Below are positions 12,920 through 23,020 of a stretch of 64,000 nucleotides of DNA, piece by piece. The notes beneath the pieces are model-generated. The model was not told the DNA's origin. It ran no database searches and saw only the letters and a list, made by a program, of their open reading frames with translations. Position numbers and translations under genes: made by a program. Positions within the stretch are counted from its first letter, which is position 1. Every line of letters starts with the position of its first letter. The DNA comes from Camelus ferus (Eukaryota): assembly GCF_009834535.1 (NCBI RefSeq), contig NC_045697.1, positions 19,470,001 to 19,534,000 of the forward strand. Direction: 5' to 3'.

Positions 12920-13480
12920 AAAATAACTAAAGCTGACATTTATTAACCTCCAGCCTACTGTATAGCATAGGGAGCTATATTCAATACCTTGTAATAGCCT
13001 ATAATGAAAAAGAATATAAAAAGGAATATATATGTATAATTGAATCACTAAGCTGTACGCTAGAAATTAACATAACATTGTAAACCGACTATACTTCAAT
13101 TAAAAAAAAAACCTCCAGCCCCCATACATTGCATATATATTCCCTCTTAGCCTGCAGAGCAACTTTACAAAGTAGCAACTCTTATTACTTCCATTTTATA
13201 GGTAAGGGAAATGAGGCACAGAGAGATTAGGAAAAGGAAAGGAGTCTGACATTTGGTGAGCATTCACTCTTACAAGGGCTGCCTGTGTTGACCTGAAGAT
13301 GTGATCTTATTTTATAACCATACTAACTGTCTGCTGGATCTCTTGAAGTCTTCATTTTAAACAGGGGAATCAAGGCTCAGTGACTTTACATGATTAGCTC
13401 AAGGATGCAAAGAGAAGGGACGGAGCCAGGGTTTGACCCCAACTCTGTGCTGCTGCAACTGCTTCTTTTGTTACACATCA
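12920..13480 (-). mobile_element. Two adjacent MIR SINEs; the first is interrupted by an L1
   Basis: ccattttataggtaagggaaatgaggcacagagag and cattttaaacaggggaatcaaggctcag...ggagccagggtttgacccc. Confidence 0.65.
12956..13109 (+). mobile_element. Young 5'-truncated L1 3' end (cetartiodactyl/camelid type)
   Basis: tactgtatagcatagggagctatattcaataccttgtaatagcctataatg...tatacttcaat followed by an A tail; perfect 11-bp TSD AACCTCCAGCC at 12945-12955 and 13110-13120. Confidence 0.9.
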
Positions 13481-13609
13481 TGTATAGCTGGCAGATGGGT
13501 GATGTTTCTTTACCAGCAGTGAGGACTGTGGACCACTCTCTACTCTACTGGATACATCACTCCTAGAGGGCTCTTGGAGTATTTCTTAGTACGATGCTGG
13601 GCTTTGTAA

Positions 13610-13790
13610 ATGTCATGTGACTTATGGGGCTCCAGTGTCTAATTTCACCCATCAATATCACCAGTGAGGAACTAGTACCAACCTCATAGATTTTTTATGA
13701 GGATTGAATGACATGATAGATCTAAAACGCCTCATCCATGGATACATAAAAGGCACCTGATAAATTATCTCATTGTTATTGTTATTGGGA
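13610..13790 (+). mobile_element. MIR SINE
   Basis: tagtaccaacctcatagattttttatgaggattgaatga...gataaattatctcattgttattgttatt. Confidence 0.6.
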
Positions 13791-14120
13791 AATGTGCCTC
13801 TTTTTCTCTCATCTCCAAACTTCAGCTCAGCACTTTACATTAGATTAAATACAAATATACATGCTTGACGGATAAATAAATGAATAAATGTAAAAAGTAG
13901 TAAGTTAAAAACTTGGAGTTTGGGGACTTGAATAACTAGTCCAGGCCCTGCCATCCTTCCTGTGAGACCATTCAGAAGTTGCTTCCCATTTCTGAGTTTT
14001 CTCCTCTCATACCTGCTTTGTTATTAGCCATGTGAGTTTCTTTGTGTGTAGACTGGGCTTTACATTTTGGGCTTTAGGACGAAAGGGGATATCTCTCCTT
14101 TCCTTTCATTTAATTTTATG

Positions 14121-14338
14121 CTTGGTTCTCAACTGGGGCCAGTTTGACCCCTCAGGGTATATTTGATAACATCTGTAGATACTTTTGGTTGTCATACTGG
14201 GGATAGGATGCTACTGGCATCTATTGGGTAGAAGGCAGGGATGCTGTTAAATATTCTACAATGTACAGGACAGCCCTCCACTCCATCCAAGAATTACTCA
14301 GCTCAAAACGTCAGTATCTTTGAGGATGAGAAGCACTG
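14121..14338 (+). mobile_element. MER20 (hAT-Charlie DNA transposon), near full length
   Basis: tggttctcaactgggg...tgctactggcatctattgggtagaaggcagggatgctgttaaa...gagaagcactg; TTTTATG flanks both sides (14114-14120, 14339-14345). Confidence 0.9.
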
Positions 14339-15331
14339 TTTTATGTGTGGAGAACATATTTGCAATGAATGAGGCTCTCCTAATACAGACCTTGAGAGTG
14401 AGTGCCACGTCCTGTCACCTGCCCTGATGGCAGGATACTCTCAAGCAAAAGTCTGGGCTTAGTGATTAAACGTGCACATAAAACCCCCTAGTGTTTTAAA
14501 GGATTCAAAGTCACAATGAGGGAGGCTATTATCGTGCATCAGACTCCTGTACAGTGCAAACACATTACCTACCTGTAATGAAGGATTTCTGAGTAGATAA
14601 GGGTTGCAGCTTCTACAGGGAAATGTTCTAGCTGGGGGCATGCCGATTTTAGCTACATGAATAATATCATCATTAATGAGGATCATTATGCTGCCCTGCA
14701 CTGGAAATTTACCCCTGAATGAGTAGCAATATCCCGCAGGCGGAGGCCATTGAAAACCTGCTTCAGTGGCAGGATACACAGAGAAGGATTGCCTGGGAAT
14801 TAGTGTTGGCAGTCAGCTCGTGAATGGCTTTGGGCCAATTGGTCTGTGTAGGGACAGAGTAGGGCCAACAGGGCAACATCATCCAACTACCAATGTGAGC
14901 GGAGGTGACATTGGGATGGGTCATTGGTCTCTGGTGCCCCTTCCTCCCCTTTGGCACCTTTTCTGGTCATGTCATAGCACTGCAGCTCTGTCTCCTGTAA
15001 CATCCCTAGGACAGCAGCCTTCCCCCCACCCCCTGCCCTCAGGAAAATGGGTAAATAAATTCGCTCTCTCTAAAGTGCCAGGAATGCCAGTATTACCTTC
15101 TGCAGGATAATTTGTGATTTGGAGGAATGCAGTCAATGAGGCACCCACTGGGGTAGAAATGTTTGTTTTTCTAGAGGGTCTGTAAGGGTGCCCCCGAGGG
15201 TACAAGCTACCTCCGTGAAGATCCCTCCGATCTTGGAGTCATTTCTCGCGTATCACAATCTAGACGTTCACTATGTAAAGCAGGGAAGAAGTGGGGGGGG
15301 TGCCCAGGAGTCAGGCCCCTGGGTTCCTCTG

Positions 15332-15475
15332 CCACCCCAAATCACTCCATAACATACCACATACACCACAACACACCACACCACTTCACAGGACACCATT
15401 CCACACCATACCACTCCATACCACACCGCAACACACCACCTCACAACACAACACGCCGTGCCAAGCCATGCCATG
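15332..15475. repeat. Degenerate pentanucleotide repeat (CAYAC-like, about 29 units)
   Basis: 5-bp period: cacac/catac/cactc/cacaa, drifting to catgc at the 3' end. Confidence 0.85.
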
Positions 15476-15819
15476 CACGCGGTCCTGGGGCACCTCTCTG
15501 GAATCACACAGGCTCCCTGGAGCAGTGCTTCTCAAGCTTTTCCTCATCAAGGCCCACATAGAAAGAGGTGCTGTGTGTCTGGAACCTAGAGTTTGGGGAG
15601 AGATGTGCTCCGGGCTGGGGACAAAGGCCCTGAGGGCTGGGTGGGTCAAAAATGGGCAAGGTCTGGCCTGGGAAACTGAGACTGGGAGCTGAGAGTGTGA
15701 ACATCACTGTCCTTGGCGACCTTGACAAATCTTGGCCACTCTGATGCCTGAAGACGGAAGTAAGTAGATGATTTTAGCTACAGTGTTAGCTGGAGCCGTA
15801 TCAGAGTCAGTGGGACCAA

Positions 15820-16042
15820 ATTCATTCTTTAATGCACTGAATACATATTCAGGGAACACTTACCAGGTACCAGCTACTCTTCCAGTGGCTCAAAGGCAGA
15901 AGTTAACAAATGCTTGTCTTCAGGGAGTTTATATTCCAGTGGGATGGGGGTAGGATGGTGGCAGGAAACAAGCAAATCACAAATAAATACATAAAACATA
16001 TAATCAGTGGACTTCATAAAACAGTGCAGGACAAGGGACTGG

Positions 16043-16077
<35 letters not shown>

Positions 16078-16245
16078 GGTTGACTAAGCAACAATGGTCA
16101 GGAGAAACCCTTCCAAGGCAGTACTTTGGTTTTTGAGCTGGAGCAGAAGGCACTGGTGGAAGACAGTTCCAGACACAGAGCGCAGGGGATAAAGGTCTGA
16201 GGTGAGACTATGGCCAGCACACCCAAGAAACAGCAAGAAGCCCAA
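15820..16245 (-). mobile_element. L2 3' fragment
   Basis: cacttaccaggtaccagc...tgtcttcagggagtttatattccagtggg...tggtcaggagaaaccc...aagaaacagcaagaagccca. Confidence 0.7.
16046..16076. repeat. (TG)15 microsatellite
   Basis: Directly visible. Confidence 0.95.
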
Positions 16246-16589
16246 TTTTTGTCTTGGAAAGTTTTTAATCACCCCTGCCCATTTTTAGTCCCTTTTGACA
16301 TTTTACAATTTTCATTTTGCAATTTGCATTTTGACATTTTTAGTCCTTTTGGCATCTGATCCTGACCTCAAGCCTGTGAGGCTTACTGTAATCCATCATG
16401 TGCTCTTTTCACACACATGGAGGCGAGGTCTGGGGACATGGAGTAACTTGGCCCTGCTGTGATGCTTGGGGGCCTGGACGCACCGGGCTAACCACAAAAT
16501 TTTAACTCAGCTTTACCTAGAAGCCAAAAGATATATGGGTGTTTATAGACAGACTATCATTTTGAGTTATATTCAGGACTTTTAAAGGA

Positions 16590-16780
16590 AGGAATTATTT
16601 ATTCTTCATTACAACCTTAGGTGGTAGGTCCTATTATAATTCCTATTTTATAGATGAGGCAAGCGAGACACAAAAAAGCCTAAGTAACGGGGCAAAAGTG
16701 ATGAGCAGCAAATGCAGAGGCAGAGTTTGAACCCGGGCAGACTGACTCCGAAGCCCACATGCTGAAGGTGACCGGACATT
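16590..16780 (-). mobile_element. MIR SINE
   Basis: cctattttatagatgaggcaagcgagacac...gtttgaacccgggcagactgactccgaagccc. Confidence 0.8.
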
Positions 16781-17719
16781 CCGGCCAGTGTGTTCAAGGC
16801 TTTTAGGTAGATCGGGGGCGGGGGGTGAATCAGCCTTTCCCACTTGAAAGGCAAGGACCTCTCTGGAGCCACTGGTGGGTCCTGCTTAATTCTGGCAGAG
16901 ATCTGTCAGAGCCTGAGGAAACCTCACAGTGCTTGTTGTACTTAAACACAAGACCCGGTGTCTGTTTTCGTTATGAGGCAGGCTCTTCTGCCGGCCAGTA
17001 GGGAAGTCCCAGTCGTCACTACTTGGAGTGTCACCCAAGCCACTCTCTACCCACCGAGTCTGTTTATTGAGATGCAAGCAGTGGAAGGTAGGAAGACTTG
17101 AACTTCAAAACATTGGATTCCTTCAGCCTTCTTTGAGTGTGACCCACTCAGCTCCTTGTAACAATAAGGAGCACTTCCTAAACACAGAGGTGACAATCTC
17201 ACGTTCTGCAATGACTTCTCTTCATTGCGCCTTCCTTGTGTCAGGGCAGGGTCTTGTCCAGCCTCTGCTCAGAAGAGCAGCAGAGCTTCCAAGTTCTCAT
17301 GTGCTACAGCATGAAGGAAGACGTTTCTCCCCTCCATCCTCCACCCGACTTGTCGTGGGGTGGCCAGAGCTGGGGGACGGATGAAGCTTCCTGTATCTCT
17401 TGTGGTTAAAGGGCCCCAAGTGGGTGGCTTTGCAAGACAATATAGCAATGTCAGTATCAAAACACACAGTATTCCATGAGAAGAAGTTCACTTCTGCTTG
17501 GAATAGTCAGAGAACTTTTACAAAAGAGACAGCTCATGAACTTGGTCTCCTAAAATATGTCAATTTGCTTAACAATTCATTGCAAACTGCAACTCTGGAG
17601 GAGGAGCCATTAGGCAACTGTCCCCCTGGGTAGCTTTGATTAGGTAACGATGCTGCTCAGACAGGCTTTGGGTTTCACTGAGTATTTCTTATCAGAACAT
17701 AGAGAGAATCCATTGTCCA

Positions 17720-18310
17720 CAGTTTAGTCACTTATGCACTGTTCCTTATGAGCTGTGTGACCTTGGAAAGGTCACTGGAGACTTCGTAGCCTCCATTTCC
17801 TCGATTCTATAGTAGAGATAATAATACTCGTGCCAAAGGATAGATTGTTGCACAGTAGGTCAGTCAGGGTTCTGAGTTGCAAGCAACAGAAAACAAATCT
17901 GGCCAAATTAAGCAGAAATAGGATTTATTGAAAGAATCACCTGAAGTGATGGGGAACGGAGCATGGAGGCGGAAAGAACAATGGCCAAAGTCAAGCCACA
18001 GGCTGGTCTGGAACTGGTTGTGGTGGAATTGCTGCGTCTTTCTCTCACTGGTTCTTTGTTCAAACTCTGGGGCAGGCACAACTGGTTGCCTGAAACAGGA
18101 GCATTTTCTCGACTTTGGCTGCAAAATAAGAGGCTGGCTCAGCCTCCCAGCAAGAATCATTAGGGGGAGAGTTACTTCAATGTAGGAAAGGGAATATGAA
18201 GCTGGGAAGCGAAAAACAAATACAAATGTTTACTCTCTGAGGATTAAATGGTATTATCTTCTGCCTAAAAACTCAGCACCCAATTGGTTCTGAACAAATG
18301 TGAGTTCCAT
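17720..18310 (+). mobile_element. MIR split by an old MLT1 LTR
   Basis: agctgtgtgaccttggaaag...gataataatac...gattgttg (to about 17850) resumes as tgaggattaaatg (about 18238). Confidence 0.6.
17852..18237 (-). mobile_element. Old MaLR LTR (MLT1M/N-like)
   Basis: gtcagggttctgagttgcaagcaacagaaaac...ttaagcagaaataggatttattgaaag resembles the antisense 3' end of old MLT1 LTRs. Confidence 0.55.
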
Positions 18311-18934
18311 TTTCACCTTCCTTTGGGTCAATATGTTTACCGTTCATGATAGTATTAATGGAATTTATAGAGCACATTCAAGTAATTTGTAGCATTTACT
18401 TGCTCATTTATTACTTCTTTGCTTCTTTATAGCTCTTCGAGGGGAACAGTGCCTCGGGCCCCTAAAAACAGTAAATATTTGAAAGACTATGAAAACAGCT
18501 TCATGCCAAACTTGAAAAATATCAGTTTGTTTCATCTGTATGGTTTGTAGACTTTGCTATAACTTCAGAAACTCTGCCCTTATTCTTCCCCAGCTCACGA
18601 TGTAAAAACTCACCATATACTTTGAGCATTTTGAATATGACAAGGCTTTAAATATGAACCTTATGAGTACTGATCAGTGGACAAGGATACTTTGGAATGG
18701 GGTTTGTGCATCTGGAACTACTCTGCTTGTTTTCTTCCTTAATGACTAAGTCACTTCCTGGAAACAAATGATCATTTACCAAGACACACTCAGATCCTCA
18801 GGGACTTGAGGCACTCTTTTAGTGATGGGAGAAAAATAGACTAAATGCACTGGTGTTGAGTCCAGCCCCATTCATCTGCCCTGTGTTTCCCTTTGGCTAT
18901 TCAAGTTGCTTAGGAAGCAGGATGACTTATTATT

Positions 18935-19120
18935 ACAAGAACAGATCTGAGTCCAAACTCTTTTTCATCACTCGCTAGCTGTGTGACCTCAGGCAAGTTA
19001 CTTAACCTCTCTGAATTCCAGTTCTCTTAGCAGAGGGTAAGTCCAAGAATTTTGTAAAACACTGCCTATAAAGTGGTTTGTAGGGTACCTGGTTCATAAT
19101 TTATTCTCAATCAATGGGTG
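18935..19120 (+). mobile_element. MIR SINE
   Basis: cactcgctagctgtgtgacctcaggcaagttacttaacctctctga, close to the MIR core. Confidence 0.75.
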
Positions 19121-19627
19121 ACACAGGTGCCACTGAGGATAAATTTTTGTTCTGTTCTGCTAAATCCATTGCATTTATTTTCTTTCCTACTAAAGCTATG
19201 GAATGACAGCATAATTATGACAAAACGAAACCCTTTGAGGACAAGAATAGTGTTTGATTAATTTGCCCTCCTGGGATGAGTAGAATGCTGTGCACAGAGA
19301 ACAAAATCTGTGCCCATTTAAGGGAAGATGATGTAACTAGAACTCACAGATGGATCTTTAGGATTGATGGAAAAAAATTCTAGACTTTTAGACAGGTGTA
19401 CAGTAGGCTCCAGACAAATTCCACAGTATCACAGGGTATGATTAAGGAAGAGGCTTCTTTTGGGAAACTGACAAAACAAGGGTGAGCAAGACAAGAAAGT
19501 ACACAGTCCTGAAATCTCACATTATCCCCAAGGAAAGGTGATCTAGGGCCAGGATACTTTGCCAAAAAAAAAAAAAAAAAAGGATAAATTTCAGGACAGA
19601 AAACATGTCCCCTGTCACCATGCTTTC

Positions 19628-19971
19628 TAACAATGTCTGAATGTGTGTTTCCCCTCAAATTCACATGCTGAAATCCTAACACCTAGAGTGGTGGTGTTAG
19701 GAGGTAGAATTTTGGGAGGTGCTTCGGTCATGAGGATGGAGCCCTCAAGAATGTGATAAGTGTGCTAATAGAGAGATCCCACGGGGATCCCTCATCCCTT
19801 CTGCTATGTGAAGACACAGAGGTGCCAGGGAGACGGCTCCATCAGAAACTGACCATGCTGGCTCCTTGATCTTGGACTTCCAGTCTCCAGACTCTGAGAA
19901 ATAAATTTCTATTGTGTATAAGCTACTCAGTCTGGGGTATTTTGTTTTAGCAGCTCAAATAGACTGATAGA
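19628..19971 (+). mobile_element. MLT1A-type MaLR solo LTR
   Basis: ctgaatgtgtgtttcccctcaaattcacatgctgaaatccta...ttgatcttggacttccagtctccagactctgagaaataaatttc...agcagctcaaatagactga. Confidence 0.85.
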
Positions 19972-20419
19972 AAATCCACCAGGGGAAAGGGACCTTGCCA
20001 TGTGGGCGTGTTGTGGTGGGAAAAGACAATTATGCTACTTGGAATCCAGATACTCTGGATTCAAGTGCTGCTGTTACAGGAGTTGTCTGGGAAAACTTGT
20101 TTCTCAGGACCTACAGACTCGGGGACCTGTGGGTCATCACAGGTCCTCCTGCTGGGGGAGGAAGTCCTAGTCCCGTGGACGAATGAGTGAAGAGTAAGCT
20201 CTTCTTGCTGGAGGAAAGAGTAAGGCTAGCTCCTTGTTTAGACAATTCAGAGAGAACCCCTTGAGTCATTTTTAAATCATCTTGTTTATAATACCACCTA
20301 GAACCAGTTTAATAACCACAATAGTACTATTGTTGCTTTGATAGCATTAATTTTACATCTCTGCTTATGTGCTTTTGCTAAATTTTTCTTTTCCTATCTC
20401 TGAAATTTTTACCAAGAAC

Positions 20420-20620
20420 TACTATTTTCTAGGCTCCTACTTTTTATCAGTCACATGACATCAAATTCTCCCAAGAACCTTGAAAGGCAGACATTAGGAA
20501 GTCCATTTTGCAGGCGAAGAAATGAGCAGCACGGAATAGAAATGATCTGCTAAAGTCCCTCGAGCTAGTACCTGGTCAGGCTGGAGCTGGAGGCCAGGTC
20601 TCTGCAGCCAGAGGTTGAAC
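20420..20620 (-). mobile_element. MIR SINE
   Basis: ccattttgcaggcgaagaaatgag...gatctgctaaagtc...gagctagt. Confidence 0.55.
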
Positions 20621-22289
20621 CCTATCTGCCAGATGCTTCCCTAGAGAGATCGAAGAAGGAGGAAGGGTTGTACCTTTGTTGTCTTTTTCTTTGGCCAAAG
20701 AAAGCAGCAGAACGCAGTGGTTTTATCCTACCTCTCTCTGGAAAGCTCAGAGGAGTTGGGATCTTTGATGCATTGGGCGGTCAACACCAGGAATGCTAGT
20801 GAGGTGTCCCGACCAAAGAGGAAGCAATTATGTTCACTCTGCCCTCATGCCACACAGACTAGCAGGAATGTGGATTGGAATGTTATGGCTATCAGCCAAA
20901 ATTATTCATGCACGTCTACAACCCTGCTAGTAACTCACTAACAGTCCATTTGATTCAGTTGGTCAACCAAATTAGCCTGAGCCTGCTATCTGCCATATTG
21001 GCTTCTGCAGTTGTTATGGAGAAAAAAAAATCAGAAAAAAAAAATTGGATACCTGGAAAGCATGCCAAAAAAACTGAGCATCACCATTTTAACTTAGCAT
21101 GAATACTGACATAAAGAATGCCCATTGTGTTAGCCCAATCTATTTTTCCTGTGGAACTTCGAACTGTATCCTTAACTGACCATTTGTTAAGTCTTATGGT
21201 ATTGGATCTTATATCCCAAATCTTGAGATTGCTACAAAGCCTTAACTTATTATTAAAAAGGCCTGTCACTTACCTGGGGACACTTAGCTGGTGGTGAGAG
21301 GGAAAAGCAAGGTGATCAAAAGGCACATTTGGGGCTTAGAAAGAATTACTTGTTGGTAAAACTCTACTGTGTTCTAGGTAATTATTGTGATATTCAGTGG
21401 GGAGAGAGAGAAAGAGAAAGAGTTGAGGGAGAGAGAGAGAGGGAAGAATCTCATTTCATCAATACATCTGAGACACTTGCGCATGTAAAAACAGAGATAA
21501 GAAACTCGGTCTCTTGGTCCTCGGTCGGTAACTTACTGATTGCATGAGCTGTTCACTAATGAGCCACCTTCAAAAAGGCCAGCACCAAAAAGTTCCTATC
21601 CTCAAATGTGCTGACATGTTTAAAATGGAATGTGTGTATGCAAGAACATCCGTGTGTGAAACTGGGGATAAAACTCTTTGGCACCTTTGACTTATTTCTT
21701 GTCTCACAGTCGTATATTATTCATGTTGATAATTAATTGCAAGTTCTATTCACATCACAAACTCAGAAGAGGCAGAGTTCAAAAGAATTCTGGAAGTTCA
21801 TTGCCACGAGTGAGTGTTTTTCTAAGGAGAGAAGTTTGTTAACTCAGTTTTTCTGACTTGGGGTCTGCCTGAAAATGAGATGGGCAAGGGAGCCTCCAAA
21901 TCTAGAGCTTGGCAAGATCATGGTGCTAGAAATTTATAAGAGACATGACACCATCTTTTTGGGCCACGGATTGAAGAATTGATGGTGTTATGACTGTAGC
22001 TGCTACGGCATTAAATAACATCTTGATTCTTCTAGATTGTAAAAAGTAAAGCTAAAATGTACACAGAAATACACACATATTAATGAAGCACTCACCTACC
22101 AGGGGAGTTTTGGAATCCGGATGTGACTCTCAAAGCACAGGAAGAGATCCCTTTCATTAACCCAGCCATCCGGGGCTCTCCCAGTTTCTACAGGTGCCAG
22201 ACCAGGAGTAGTGAGGTCTGTAGCCCAAGTGAAGTTTGCCATAAATTACACTTTGACTTTCATTTCTAATTAATATCTTGTATAAAATG

Positions 22290-22500
22290 CACACTATTGT
22301 GCAGATATTAGAGTGCCAGGCACTGATCTGATCATTTTACATTTATAAACTAATTTAGTCCTCACAATAGCGCCGTGAGGGAGGTGTGATCTCTGCTTTA
22401 TAGATGAGAAAACTGGATCACTGGATCACTGAAGACACTTATGTCCTACCCAAACCACAGTTCCGGCTCAACACTTCCTGGAACGCTCAGTCCGTTTTTC
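22290..22500 (-). mobile_element. MIR SINE
   Basis: gtgccaggcactgatct...aatttagtcctcacaatagc...tttatagatgagaaaactg. Confidence 0.65.
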
Positions 22501-22596
22501 ACACTTACTCCGCAGTCCTCACTTTAGAACCTCATCCATCACTTAACCATCACTTTCCCTCAAGCAGCATGAATAGTCCATCATTGTATTAGGTCT

Positions 22597-22742
22597 CTTT
22601 TGGTGGTGGTGGGGTAATTAGGTAGGTTTGTTTCTTGTTTGTTTGTTTGTTATTTATTCTTTTAATGGAGATACTGGGGATTGAACCCAGGACCTCATGC
22701 ATGCTAAGCACACACTCTAGCACTGAGCTATACCCTCCCCTC
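22597..22742 (-). mobile_element. Vic-1-type camelid SINE (tRNA-Ala derived)
   Basis: Minus strand GGGGAGGGTATAGCTCAGTGCTAGAGTGTGTGCTTAGCATGCATGAGGTCCTGGGTTCAATCCCCAGTATCTCCA followed by an A-rich tail; 12-bp TSD TGTATTAGGTCT at 22585-22596 and 22743-22754. Confidence 0.9.
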
Positions 22743-23020
22743 TGTATTAGGTCTTTTTCTGATTTCAAATGAAAGAGACATAACCCAAACTCCTTTAAGT
22801 AAAATGAGACCTTTTTCCCTTCACTTCATAGAACTGCGATTGTGCGGAGCCAGGCCTAGCTTTAGACGTCCCTGTCTCTGGGTGTCCCAGAGATGCTGCC
22901 AAGATGCTGTCTCCGGCTCTGAGATCCACCTTCCTCTGTGTTGGCTTCATTGTCAGGCAGGCTGTGTTCCATAGGTGATGGATCATGTCTCATGTTCTCC
23001 CAGCGGAGCAATGCTACCAG
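22743..23020 (-). mobile_element. Old MaLR LTR fragment (MLT1K/L-like)
   Basis: tgtattagg...aaatgaaagagacataacccaaact...ttcctctgtgttggcttcattgtcaggcaggct. Confidence 0.6.

Noticed and set aside
15634..15656. G-quadruplex-like GGGCTGGGTGGGTCAAAAATGGG
   Set aside because: Single motif with an 8-nt loop and no supporting context
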